Below, one piece after another: positions 7,942-16,702 of a stretch of DNA of 64,000 bases. The notes under the pieces were generated by a model, which was not told the DNA's origin, did not search any database, and worked only from the letters and a program-made list of their open reading frames with translations. Source of the DNA: Minisyncoccota bacterium (GTDB lineage: Bacteria; Patescibacteriota; Minisyncoccia; Phycocordibacterales; Phycocordibacteraceae). The stretch covers positions 221,830 through 285,829 of the forward strand of contig JALHOO010000001.1 of the NCBI GenBank assembly GCA_022842945.1. Reading direction: 5' to 3'. Every line of letters starts with the position of its first letter. The first letter of the stretch is position 1. The translations under genes were made by a program, and so were the position numbers.

Positions 7942-8289
7942 ATGGCCCACGACGAAAACAAGTATCTGCTGTGGTGTTTTCTATGGACCACCCACAGCTC
8001 TGACAGACCGGTTAGTGATATTGCGTGCTCGTTACATAGTTCTCTCGCAAAAGGCCAGGAGTTCTGTACGAATTACTGGCGCAACATGCCGGAACACGCC
8101 CCCTCGACCTATCTTGCGCCTACAGGTACTCGCTACCTGTGCCGAGTTGATGAAAAGACTCATAGACGCATCGTGGATAGCGATATTGGCCTCTGGTGCG
8201 TAACGGTTCCTCCCAGTACAACAGAAGCACTTGCCCTTCTTCCCCCTACTGACTTTATGTCACTCACAGAGGGCAGGATGCCGGCGTAA
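7942..8289 (+). CDS. hypothetical Cys/Trp-rich small protein (cassette gene, array II)
   Basis: AAGGAG RBS 7 nt upstream of the ATG; 115 aa; lies between A5 and B2. Confidence 0.5.
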   Translation: MAHDENKYLLWCFLWTTHSSDRPVSDIACSLHSSLAKGQEFCTNYWRNMPEHAPSTYLAPTGTRYLCRVDEKTHRRIVDSDIGLWCVTVPPSTTEALALLPPTDFMSLTEGRMPA

Positions 8290-8380
8290 TCTATGCTACC
8301 GATCTGATGAATCAAGACGGGATTCCCTGAGATAAGAAGCCGAAAACGAGAAATCGTGAGTAGGCTTTTCTCTTTTTTAT

Positions 8381-8403
8381 TGCTGGCAGACTAGGTATCG
8401 AAC
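8381..8403 (+). repeat. B-type junction repeat, copy B2 (tgctggcagactaggtatcgaac)
   Basis: Ends 2 nt before the TAG stop (plus-strand CTA at 8406-8408) of the M23 peptidase gene. Confidence 0.85.
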
Positions 8404-8405
8404 TT

Positions 8406-9773
8406 CTACAAATACGACATCGGATTCAAGTACGCACTCGGAGGAGCAACCGGCATAACCGCACCTCCTGCACTGCAGCCTGTTCCGGCCGGTTGTCCCT
8501 GCTGCTTGCGCCATGCGCCAAGGTCCATAATCTTTACACCCGTTGCAACATACACACTGAAGTGGAGGTGGGGTCCGGTTGCGTAGCCTGTCATACCTGA
8601 GAGGCCGATAGTTTGGCCGGTTGAGACACTCTGTCCTGCAGATACGGTAATACTTGAAAGGTGCGAGTATGAGGTAGCAAGCCCGTTCGGGTGCTTAATA
8701 AGTACCCACTTTCCGAAGGAGAAGCATCCTGGAACAGCGTCTGTGTTTCCGGTCCCCATAACCGTGCCTGAAAGTGCTGCCTGCACCGGGGTACCGCTTG
8801 GCATGCCGATATCGATAGCGTTGTGCCCGGAGCCGTTATAGATCTGTGAGTTGGCGGTTGCAAACGCCGTGTTGCCGAAATACTGCGTTATGCAGCGCGG
8901 GTTCCCCAGTGCCCCTGCCTTCCCTTCGCACGCTGCAGCAAAGCTTGGAGAATATGGCCACGCAAGCACGCCCGTTTGCACGGTAGGCACCTCAGCCTGC
9001 CCCACGGCCTTAAGACTGTTCTCAAGACTTGAGAGTGCCTGCTCGAAGAGTGCACGCTCTGCACGCTTCCGGGTTATGAGATCCTGGTACACGCTCTCCT
9101 GGTTCTTGGTCTGTGAGAGAAGCCTATCCTTCTCGCTCTTCTGCACATCAAGAGACTGCTTCTGGATACCAAGATCGCTCGCAAGGTTGGTAAGTTCGTT
9201 CTTCTTTGCGTCAACGTCCTGAAGCTGTGCACCAAGCGCATCCTTCGCTTGTGAGAGATTCGCTACGTTCGCACGAAGCGCCGTATTCAACGATGCTGCG
9301 TCGTCAATTGCCGTCCACGCTTCTGTGAGGTCGCCAGACGCAAACACCTGCTCAACGAGCGAGATCTCTCCGGCTTCTGCCATATTCCGGATAGATTCCT
9401 CAAGGGTACGCTTGTCGAGAGCGATAAGTTGCTCGGTGTCCTCAATGTTGTACGAGAGCTCGTTCAACTGAAGATTCGTAGAGGAAATCCTCGTCTGTGT
9501 AAGGTTAATCTGCGTGCTCGTCTGCTGGCGCGTTATATCAATAGACTTAATAGCGGTCTGCAGTGTCTGAGACTGTCCGTTCAAAATAAGGCGCTGGCGC
9601 TCTGCCTCTGCAATCTCGGCCTCCAAATCTTTAATCCTCTGTGCGTGCTCACTTATCTGGCTTTTGATCTCGTCTTCGCTCTGTGCAAAGGCTCCTTCCG
9701 GTACAACGGCACCTATACCGGCACACGCAACCAGAAGAACGAGAAGAAAGGATAAGGAACGCAAGGTCTGCAT
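8406..9773 (-). CDS. M23 family metallopeptidase with N-terminal coiled coil (EnvC/LytM-like murein hydrolase)
   Basis: Signal peptide, long coiled-coil region, and a C-terminal M23 domain with HxxxD (GHNAIDIG) and HLH (GPHLHFSV) motifs. Confidence 0.8.
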   Translation of the reverse strand: MQTLRSLSFLLVLLVACAGIGAVVPEGAFAQSEDEIKSQISEHAQRIKDLEAEIAEAERQRLILNGQSQTLQTAIKSIDITRQQTSTQINLTQTRISSTNLQLNELSYNIEDTEQLIALDKRTLEESIRNMAEAGEISLVEQVFASGDLTEAWTAIDDAASLNTALRANVANLSQAKDALGAQLQDVDAKKNELTNLASDLGIQKQSLDVQKSEKDRLLSQTKNQESVYQDLITRKRAERALFEQALSSLENSLKAVGQAEVPTVQTGVLAWPYSPSFAAACEGKAGALGNPRCITQYFGNTAFATANSQIYNGSGHNAIDIGMPSGTPVQAALSGTVMGTGNTDAVPGCFSFGKWVLIKHPNGLATSYSHLSSITVSAGQSVSTGQTIGLSGMTGYATGPHLHFSVYVATGVKIMDLGAWRKQQGQPAGTGCSAGGAVMPVAPPSAYLNPMSYL

Positions 9774-9776
9774 CCC

Positions 9777-11210
9777 TTAGAGTATAGCAAACGCTGTTCG
9801 TATTCGGGAAATTGCTTCTTCAGTACCCAGTATGGATATAAGCGTAAACGGGTCCGGAGACTTCTCGGCTCCAGAGAGCGCATAGCGAAGCGGCCAGAGT
9901 ACCGCTCCTCTACCCCCCTTTCCCTCTGCTTCCTTCTCGTCTGCAAACGGCATAAGCGCCATCTTAACGGCCTCAGCGGGAAGAGACACCGGAAGACCTC
10001 CTAGTATCTCGAGTGCGCCTTCTAGGGCTTGTTTTGTAAGTCCTGGGCGGTCTTGCGGCTCTTTTGCCGTAAGAAGATCTAGGGAAATCTCTGGAGTCTC
10101 GAAGAGGCAGGATAGTTCTCCGTTAAGCATGTCGCGTGCTTCTGCAAACGTATACGCACGTTCCTTTATGAGGGGCACTGCTTTCTTCAACCGCGCATCA
10201 TCCGTTGCATGCAATTCTCCACGGGTTATGAACTCTTCATCGGTAAGGCGACGCATGTGCTCCCGGTTTAGGTGCTTCAACTTGTCCTCGTCGAACTGCG
10301 CACCAGACTTCTGAATGCGCTCAAGTGTAAAGGCTTCAATAAGTCCAAAAGGAGTGAAGAACTCCTGATCTCCTCCAGGACTCCAGCCAAGGAGTGCCAA
10401 GAAGTTCAACATAGTCTCAGGGAGATACCCTTCACGACGGTAATCAAGGATATCCTTTGCGCCGTCTCTCTTTGAGAGCTTCTTATGTCCTCCTTCGCCT
10501 AGTATTGGTGGAAGTGTTGCAAACGCAGGCGGCACTTCTCCAAGCGCCTCGTACAGAGACAAGAACTTCGGTGTAGACGACACGAACTCCTGCCCACGCA
10601 TCACGTGCGTTATCTTCATCTCAATGTCGTCTATGACATGCGCGAAGTTGTAGGTTGGGTACCCATCGCTCTTTATGAGTATGAAATCGTCGAGTGCCTC
10701 TTCTCCGGCAGACAGTGTTCCCATAACCACGTCTTCCCATTCGTAGCGCTTAATAACCGGCACCTTGAAGCGAAGCGGCTGGGTACCGTCCCATACACCC
10801 AACGTCTCTGGACGGTGCTCGCGGAAGAGAAACGGCCGCTTCTCTGCTTCTGCTTTGGCACGCAATGCTTCAACCTCTTCTTCGGTATAAGGATCTGGGT
10901 ATGCAAACCCCGCGTCAATAAGTTGCTTTGCGTACGCACGATATGAGTCGAGACGCGAAGACTGGATGTATGGCTCATAGGGTCCGCCTATATCAATACT
11001 CTCGTCCCAGTGTATGCCGAGCCATTTCAAAGACTCCATGATGTGGCCAATAGAGCCTTCAACCTCGCGCTCCTTGTCTGTGTCCTCAATACGAAGCACA
11101 AACTTCCCATTATGCTTGCGTGCAAAGAGCCACGCATAGAGCGCGGTGCGGATGCCGCCAATGTGCATAAACCCCGTAGGGCTTGGGGCGAATCGGGTAC
11201 GGACGGTCAT
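9777..11210 (-). CDS. gltX: glutamyl-tRNA synthetase
   Basis: HIGH motif (PSPTGFMHIGGIRTA) and KMSKS-like KLSKRDG. Confidence 0.85.
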   Translation of the reverse strand: MTVRTRFAPSPTGFMHIGGIRTALYAWLFARKHNGKFVLRIEDTDKEREVEGSIGHIMESLKWLGIHWDESIDIGGPYEPYIQSSRLDSYRAYAKQLIDAGFAYPDPYTEEEVEALRAKAEAEKRPFLFREHRPETLGVWDGTQPLRFKVPVIKRYEWEDVVMGTLSAGEEALDDFILIKSDGYPTYNFAHVIDDIEMKITHVMRGQEFVSSTPKFLSLYEALGEVPPAFATLPPILGEGGHKKLSKRDGAKDILDYRREGYLPETMLNFLALLGWSPGGDQEFFTPFGLIEAFTLERIQKSGAQFDEDKLKHLNREHMRRLTDEEFITRGELHATDDARLKKAVPLIKERAYTFAEARDMLNGELSCLFETPEISLDLLTAKEPQDRPGLTKQALEGALEILGGLPVSLPAEAVKMALMPFADEKEAEGKGGRGAVLWPLRYALSGAEKSPDPFTLISILGTEEAISRIRTAFAIL

Positions 11211-11219
11211 ATACAGACT

Positions 11220-12371
11220 CTACCCGTTCTTGGCTTCATGGGAAAGCCCAATCTTCAGAGCTTCTTCAGCTATAAGGCGGCCGGCAAGAGGGTTCGCAAA
11301 CCCAGCCGCAGCACTCTTCATGCGCTCGGACACCGCGGGATCAGTACTGATGCGGTGTGCTTCAGAGGCTAGGAGATTTGGGGTGAGGTTCGCTTCCTCA
11401 AGTACAACCGCCGCACCGGTATGCGCATAGGCGTAGGCGTTGGTGCGCTGATCGTGGCTAATGGACTCAGGTATAGGAATAAGGATAGACGGTACGTTCC
11501 AGAGCGAAATCTCTGTTATGGACCCGGTACCCGCGCGCGTAATGATGATGTCGGCACTTGCGGCGGCTCTTCGCATAGTCTCTACGTTCATGTAGGGATA
11601 CGTGTGATACCGCTCCGCGTGTCCTCCCTTTCCAAGTATCACGCTTGCGGTCTGACGCACGCTCTCAAAGTGCGTCTTTCCTGTCTGATGCACAACGTTC
11701 GCAAAGGACACGAGAGACGGAAGCGCATCAAGTACGGTTTCGTTAATACGCAGAGACCCAGAGGAGCCGCCAACAATGAACACTGTTGGAAGGGTTGGAT
11801 CAAGACCAAGGGCGCTCATCGCCTCAGCGCGGTCTGGAAGCTGCATGAGGTTCTTGCGTACCGGAATACCTACCTTTGCAATCTTGTTGCGCACCTTCGC
11901 CGGGAATCCTGCAATAGCGCTCTCAAAGGCAACGGCAATGCGCGTTGCGTGCTTGGCACCAAGCAGGTTTGCGCGTCCAGGCTTCGCATCTGATTCGTGC
12001 ACAATAATAGGAATACGCAGCAAGGAGGCGGCAAGTACCGTTGGCACGCTTGCATATCCACCCTTTGAAATAACTACGTCTGGATAGAGCTTCAGGAGAA
12101 TAAAGAAACTCGAGACAACGCCTGCGAGCGTAACAAAGATATCGGTTACGTTTGCGAGAGAGAAATAGCGGCGCATTTTCCCTGCGGGCGCCTTGAGGAA
12201 GACAATGTCATTTGCGAAGAGAGCTTCCTCGTCATACGGCTTGTCTGCGATGTAGTAGAGTCTCGGTGGGAGTAGCTGCTGCTCTTTAACCAGGTCCCTC
12301 ATGGACTCTGCTATAGCAATAAGCGGATAGAAGTGTCCTCCTGTACCCCCTCCTGTGAATAGAATCTTCAT
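11220..12371 (-). CDS. murG: UDP-N-acetylglucosamine--N-acetylmuramyl-(pentapeptide) pyrophosphoryl-undecaprenol N-acetylglucosamine transferase MurG
   Basis: N-terminal GGTGGHFYPLIAIAE glycosyltransferase signature; sits in a dcw cluster context next to ftsW. Confidence 0.85.
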   Translation of the reverse strand: MKILFTGGGTGGHFYPLIAIAESMRDLVKEQQLLPPRLYYIADKPYDEEALFANDIVFLKAPAGKMRRYFSLANVTDIFVTLAGVVSSFFILLKLYPDVVISKGGYASVPTVLAASLLRIPIIVHESDAKPGRANLLGAKHATRIAVAFESAIAGFPAKVRNKIAKVGIPVRKNLMQLPDRAEAMSALGLDPTLPTVFIVGGSSGSLRINETVLDALPSLVSFANVVHQTGKTHFESVRQTASVILGKGGHAERYHTYPYMNVETMRRAAASADIIITRAGTGSITEISLWNVPSILIPIPESISHDQRTNAYAYAHTGAAVVLEEANLTPNLLASEAHRISTDPAVSERMKSAAAGFANPLAGRLIAEEALKIGLSHEAKNG

Positions 12372-12396
12372 ACGGTTAGTCCCAGTATATCAGCCC

Positions 12397-13506
12397 CTAC
12401 GCCAGCGTCTTCTTCTTGGATCGGTTGGCAGCCACGTTCAGAATAACGCCAACGGACGCCAAGGCAGCTAAAAGAGCCGTGCCTCCGTGCGACACAAAGG
12501 GCAGAGGCAATCCCGTTAAGGGCACAATACCTAGCATGGCGCCTATATTCATAAACGCGGATATGGTTATGAGGAGCGTAAGGCCCGTTGCGGCATACGT
12601 ACCAAATGCGCTCGCAGATTGGGCCGCAATGGTAAAGCCGCGCGTGGCAAACGCCGTAAAGAGAAGTACTAAGAGCACGGTACCTATGAACCCGAACTCT
12701 TCCCCGTACACCGCAAACACCGAGTCCCCTACGGGCTCTGGCAAGTAGTTGTACTTCTGTGCACTCTGTCCAAACCCGCGTCCAATCATCCCCCCTGAAC
12801 CAATAGCAATAAGGGACTGTTGAATCTGGTACCCGCTCCCCAGTCCGTCGCTCTCTGGAGAAATGAACGTCTTCACGCGCTCAAGCGCATACGGGCGGAG
12901 TGTAAGGGCAACCGCAATGAACACAATACCCGCCATAATAATGAGGCCAATATCGCGCAGACGGGCACCTGCAATGAAATACAGCGTCATAGCCGTAGCG
13001 CCAATAACCAGAATCGTACTGTTGTTTGGCTGAAGGGCGAGCAAGATAACCGGGAGACCAATAATCACGCCAAACGGTATAAGGCCCGTCTTGAAGTCTT
13101 TGATCTTCTCTTTAGCGCGCGCAAGGAACCACGCGAGCATCAAGATAACGGCAGGCTTCAGGAATTCAGCGGGCTGAATGGTAAACGGTCCAACATCAAT
13201 CCAGCGCGTAGCACCTCCTGCGTGCACTCCAAGTCCTGGGATGAATACCAAGGACGTAAGGAGAAGCGCGAATATATAGAACGGGATAACTGCGCGCTGT
13301 AGAAGCTGTTGTGGAGTGAATCGAATAACGAGGAGCGCTATAACGCCCGGAATGAGACCGAGCGCTAGCTGTGTAAGAGCAAGGCGACCAATAGACGCGC
13401 CTTCGCGTGCAAGAAGCCCTAATGCAGCTGATAGGAATATAGCCGCGCCGCCAACAACAAGGATGGCGACGATAAGAGCGAACACTCTATCTCCGGAAAG
13501 ACGCAT
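12397..13506 (-). CDS. ftsW: SEDS family peptidoglycan polymerase FtsW/RodA
   Basis: About 10 TM helices, conserved SEDS loops, adjacent to murG. Confidence 0.8.
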   Translation of the reverse strand: MRLSGDRVFALIVAILVVGGAAIFLSAALGLLAREGASIGRLALTQLALGLIPGVIALLVIRFTPQQLLQRAVIPFYIFALLLTSLVFIPGLGVHAGGATRWIDVGPFTIQPAEFLKPAVILMLAWFLARAKEKIKDFKTGLIPFGVIIGLPVILLALQPNNSTILVIGATAMTLYFIAGARLRDIGLIIMAGIVFIAVALTLRPYALERVKTFISPESDGLGSGYQIQQSLIAIGSGGMIGRGFGQSAQKYNYLPEPVGDSVFAVYGEEFGFIGTVLLVLLFTAFATRGFTIAAQSASAFGTYAATGLTLLITISAFMNIGAMLGIVPLTGLPLPFVSHGGTALLAALASVGVILNVAANRSKKKTLA

Positions 13507-13550
13507 GACCTCCCTATTCTAACGCATGGGTGGTGTGTTAAGGCGTGTAT

Positions 13551-13578
13551 AGCTGAATGTTTGGGAGGATGTTGGAAC
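13551..13578 (+). repeat. degenerate A-type repeat, copy A7 (gctgaatgtttgggaggatgttggaac)
   Basis: Right arm TGGGAgGATGTTGGAAC is conserved and the left arm has diverged. It marks the ftsW-proximal end of array III. Confidence 0.6.
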
Positions 13579-13634
13579 CCTGCACTTAGCCTGATATAGT
13601 GCCGCCAGACGTAACCCTCAACCAGAGAGATCCA

Positions 13635-13802
13635 ATGCAGACTCAAGATATTTCTGAAGACGGTGACATCCTGCGGACCGTCCATATCCCTCAATCCGAT
13701 GATCAAGCGCTGCGCGAGATCGCACAAGAAGAAGGAAGGACTGTTCCTGGATTGATACGCGAAGCGTGTATGAACTCGTTTGCGGTGCGTAAGAAATCTT
13801 GA
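13635..13802 (+). CDS. ribbon-helix-helix (CopG/Arc-like) small protein (cassette gene, array III)
   Basis: AGAGAG RBS then ATG; predicted beta-strand RTVHIP then helices DDQALREIAQEEGRTV and PGLIREAC; 55 aa. The ORF track lists a longer form starting at 13599. Confidence 0.4.
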   Translation: MQTQDISEDGDILRTVHIPQSDDQALREIAQEEGRTVPGLIREACMNSFAVRKKS

Positions 13803-13853
13803 CCACTACCCACTAGCGGAATTCCCGCTCCGGTGGGTTTTCTGTTTTATTCT

Positions 13854-14198
13854 CTACACCCTCCTCCACTCGCCGGTCTCTTCATTAAGTATTGCAACTC
13901 GATTCCCTCCAACCGGCATGCCGTTCTCGTAATAGATAACGCTGATGGCCGTCTCAGTTGAAACGTTCTGCCTACCGTGATTACCTTTTCTCATGTACTG
14001 ATATTCGATTGTCTCACCTCCGTTCTCTCCAGTACGCTCTACTTCTCGCAGATACACCCCTTGCTCGTCTGAGAGCTCCCGACCAAGAGTATACCCTTCT
14101 ATATACTGAGAGAGTGCATCGAGTACTTCCTGGCTTGAGAGGATTGTTTCTCTCTTGTTCTCTATGCTATGCGGTTGAGACCCGGGGAATTTTTCCAT
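13854..14198 (-). CDS. hypothetical protein (cassette gene, array III)
   Basis: 114-aa ORF. A bidirectional hairpin lies between it and the RHH ORF, and repeat A8 lies just upstream of its start. Confidence 0.45.
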   Translation of the reverse strand: MEKFPGSQPHSIENKRETILSSQEVLDALSQYIEGYTLGRELSDEQGVYLREVERTGENGGETIEYQYMRKGNHGRQNVSTETAISVIYYENGMPVGGNRVAILNEETGEWRRV

Positions 14199-14222
14199 AG
14201 ACTGATATTAGCATCTGGCTAT

Positions 14223-14250
14223 TACTGGCAGTCTGGGACGACGTTGGAGC
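14223..14250 (+). repeat. A-type cassette repeat, copy A8 (tActggcagtctgggacgAcgttggaGc)
   Basis: Three mismatches. Confidence 0.8.
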
Positions 14251-14299
14251 CAAACTCACTTAATGATACTGTCCTCAAGGATCCAAGAGGAGAATTGCC

Positions 14300-14518
14300 A
14301 TGACAACACACCAAGAAGCTGTGGATGGCCGCCACGCCATCCACAGGAAGTACCGCGATCTGGTCACAGGAGTAGCGGTTATCCAACACCCGACTGAGCC
14401 AGGAAGTTGGGCCGTGCGCCTGACACTCCGAAGCGAGGTCGCACCAGGAACCATTGCATCGGAACTGGACGGCATAACAATTGTGACAGAGGTGGGTGGA
14501 CCGGCAAATCTTTTATAG
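14300..14518 (+). CDS. hypothetical small protein (cassette gene, array III)
   Basis: AGAGGAGA RBS then ATG; 72 aa; terminator hairpin GCGCAGGACAAAATCCTGCGC downstream. Confidence 0.45.
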   Translation: MTTHQEAVDGRHAIHRKYRDLVTGVAVIQHPTEPGSWAVRLTLRSEVAPGTIASELDGITIVTEVGGPANLL

Positions 14519-14537
14519 AAAGCCACTGGTCTTAATG

Positions 14538-14562
14538 AGCGCAGGACAAAATCCTGCGCTTT
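14538..14562 (+). terminator. terminator hairpin GCGCAGGAcaaaaTCCTGCGC plus TTTACCG
   Basis: Perfect 8-bp stem immediately before repeat A9. Confidence 0.45.
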
Positions 14563-14567
14563 ACCGT

Positions 14568-14595
14568 TGCTGGCAGTCTGGAACGACGTTGGAAC
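14568..14595 (+). repeat. A-type cassette repeat, copy A9 (tgctggcagtctggAacgAcgttggaac)
   Basis: Two mismatches. Confidence 0.9.
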
Positions 14596-14682
14596 TTTTT
14601 TAGCAGACGATTACTTGACCCAGGTTCTAACTAATGGCTAGATGTAACCAGGAAGCATAGTAATTGAAACGGGAGAATTTTA

Positions 14683-15057
14683 GTGGCAAAAATTGGTCTT
14701 AAACGGAGCAAAAGAAGAAGAACATCAGGAAGAATGCGTGGAGGCGGTAGTGGGAACAGAAAAACTTGTAGAGTATCCCTCCGCACTATTGCGCTACTCT
14801 TTCCTCCTAGAAGCGTACAGAGAGTGTACCTGCACGGAAGGTGGCAGAAATCGAGAGGCCGACGACCCTGTCTTAGTCTAGAAAACCTGCAAGACCCTCG
14901 TCTCGCATATGAGCAGGCAGAGGAGCTCGTGGGCGAATACATTCGTTCAGTCCTAAGTACGCCCCATGCATATGGCAAATGGCAATGGGAAGGTCGCGGA
15001 CGTGAATTAGCGAAAGCGATTTCTGAACAGGTGCCTCCGGAAGAAGTGTTCTGGTAA
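14683..15057 (+). CDS. hypothetical protein (cassette gene, array III; start uncertain)
   Basis: GGGAGA RBS then GTG. The N-terminus is low-complexity R/G-rich, the C-terminal half (RLAYEQAEELVGEYIRSVL...) is protein-like. An alternative 62-aa frame also exists (14693..14881). Confidence 0.3.
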   Translation: MAKIGLKRSKRRRTSGRMRGGGSGNRKTCRVSLRTIALLFPPRSVQRVYLHGRWQKSRGRRPCLSLENLQDPRLAYEQAEELVGEYIRSVLSTPHAYGKWQWEGRGRELAKAISEQVPPEEVFW

Positions 15058-15064
15058 CCTCAAG

Positions 15065-15100
15065 CCGTCGAGTCTCTAGAAGACTCGACGGCTTTTCTTT
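15065..15100 (+). terminator. rho-independent terminator AGCCGTCGAGTCTctagaAGACTCGACGGCTTTTCTTTT
   Basis: 13-bp perfect stem plus T-tract immediately before repeat A10. Confidence 0.6.
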
Positions 15101-15105
15101 TATAT

Positions 15106-15133
15106 TGCTGGCAGTCTGGAACGATGTTGGAAC
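15106..15133 (+). repeat. A-type cassette repeat, copy A10 (tgctggcagtctggAacgatgttggaac)
   Basis: One mismatch. Confidence 0.9.
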
Positions 15134-15184
15134 CATGATAATAAAATCCCGCCTTCTTAGGGGCGGGACTTCATGGAGCCTAAT

Positions 15185-15517
15185 TTAGGTAGTCTCCCGG
15201 ATAGTTTCCAGATGGGCGTCGACGAGTTCGACCAGTTTTTTCAATACGGCGTCGCGAGCATAGACTGCGGGCAGGTTGGATCCAGAGATCCAGCGGTAAA
15301 GCGTGACCGGCGAAACACCGAAGACATGCGCCATGCTCTCTACATTGCCGAGTTTCGAAATAACCGCGCCGACAATCTGAGAGAACTCTTCTCTGTCTTT
15401 GACGTTCGTTGTCTCGAGAACTTCCTTCGCAGTCTCAAACCACGAGACATCGATGAGTCGAAGCGTAGTGAGCACGCGGCTCTGAGGACGCTCCGCCTTG
15501 ATCGGGTGAACGGTCAT
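15185..15517 (-). CDS. XRE-family helix-turn-helix transcriptional regulator (cassette gene, array III)
   Basis: HTH motif MAHVFGVSPVTLYRWISG; 110 aa; minus-strand terminator AAGTCCCGCCCCTAAGAAGGCGGGATTTT downstream of its stop. Confidence 0.55.
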   Translation of the reverse strand: MTVHPIKAERPQSRVLTTLRLIDVSWFETAKEVLETTNVKDREEFSQIVGAVISKLGNVESMAHVFGVSPVTLYRWISGSNLPAVYARDAVLKKLVELVDAHLETIRETT

Positions 15518-15612
15518 ATGTTGATACCCTCTGTGAAAAGCAAAAAAGAACGATACCGCATAGTACCCTGCAAATCAGATTTAGCAACGTAATCTAATTG
15601 TTGTAGAAGTTA

Positions 15613-15635
15613 TTCTGGCAGACCAGGTATTGAAC
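15613..15635 (+). repeat. B-type junction repeat, copy B3 (ttctggcagaccaggtattgaac)
   Basis: Abuts or overlaps by 1 nt the TAG stop (plus-strand CTA at 15635-15637) of mraY. Confidence 0.8.
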
Positions 15636-16696
15636 TATTTCAACAACGCCAACGCCAACCCAAAGATACCCGCGATAATCGTAATAACCCAGTAGCGCAT
15701 CGTAACCTTGTACGCAGGCCAGCCAATAGCTTCAAAGTGATGGTGGATAGGGGCAATACGGAAGATCTTCTTCTTCAGTACCTTCTTGCAGAACACCTGG
15801 ATCATACTCGTAGCAACCGTAACGGTAAGAGGAAGTGCGATTATGGGAAGTACGGATACCCCAACCCCGTCTCCAAGCACGTCTGTCGAGAACGCCGTTA
15901 TAGCGAGCGCAACCGTAAGGGCCATAGTGCCCGTCTCAGACAAATAGAAGCGTGCGGGCGGAATATTAAACCAAAGGAACGCGAAGAGAGATCCTGAGAC
16001 ACAGGCAGCAAACGCTGCAAGTGTCGTCTGTCCCTGTGCAAACGCAATGCCTGCATACGTCATGAAAATAATGGCGAACACGCCTCCTGCAAGCCCATCA
16101 ATGCCGTCTATAACGCCGCCGGCATAGAGCGCGAGCGTAACCAACATAAAGAACCCAATGAAGAAGACCCCAAGCTCAACAGGTCCTACAAACGGCACGC
16201 CAACCGTAGACACATCAAGCTTCTCGTAAAACCACCAGCCCGCAAACGCACCAATAGCGCCAACAACAAGAAGACGCCAGCGAAGACGCAGTCCTCCAGA
16301 AGATCTCGTAACCTCAAAGATGTCGTCTATAAGGCCAACGGCAGCTCCCGCAGCAAGCGCAAACAACGGAAGCCACGTCTGACTCCTACTTATGAAATCA
16401 AAGGAGGTAAACGGTTCTCCAAAGAAAAGCGCCAGTACCCAAAGACCAAGTGCGGTTATGAGTGTCGACGCCCACACAATAATGCCGCCCATGCGCGGCG
16501 TGGAGACCTCCCTTTCTTTGTGAAGCTCGTCAAAGAGTGGGGTGCCGTTCTTGTCCCCCATGCTGTTTCCCTTCCCGCCAACCTTCTTCCATGCACGGAA
16601 CTTGAAGAGGTAGTGGGTCAGTATTGGGGCAAGCGCAATACCAATAACGAATGACGCAACGGACGGGATTAGGACACGTGCCGCATCGATAATCAT
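15635..16696 (-). CDS. mraY: phospho-N-acetylmuramoyl-pentapeptide transferase MraY
   Basis: Polytopic membrane protein with conserved MraY loops (DDxxD-like GLIDDIFE, HHHFE motif PIHHHFEAIGW). Confidence 0.85.
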   Translation of the reverse strand: MIIDAARVLIPSVASFVIGIALAPILTHYLFKFRAWKKVGGKGNSMGDKNGTPLFDELHKEREVSTPRMGGIIVWASTLITALGLWVLALFFGEPFTSFDFISRSQTWLPLFALAAGAAVGLIDDIFEVTRSSGGLRLRWRLLVVGAIGAFAGWWFYEKLDVSTVGVPFVGPVELGVFFIGFFMLVTLALYAGGVIDGIDGLAGGVFAIIFMTYAGIAFAQGQTTLAAFAACVSGSLFAFLWFNIPPARFYLSETGTMALTVALAITAFSTDVLGDGVGVSVLPIIALPLTVTVATSMIQVFCKKVLKKKIFRIAPIHHHFEAIGWPAYKVTMRYWVITIIAGIFGLALALLK

Positions 16697-16702
16697 AGGT
16701 AG

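Noticed and set aside
14693-14881. Alternative 62-aa frame inside cassette 14683..15057
   Set aside because: It has no RBS. The longer frame has GGGAGA plus GTG and a protein-like C-terminus. I kept the longer frame at low confidence.
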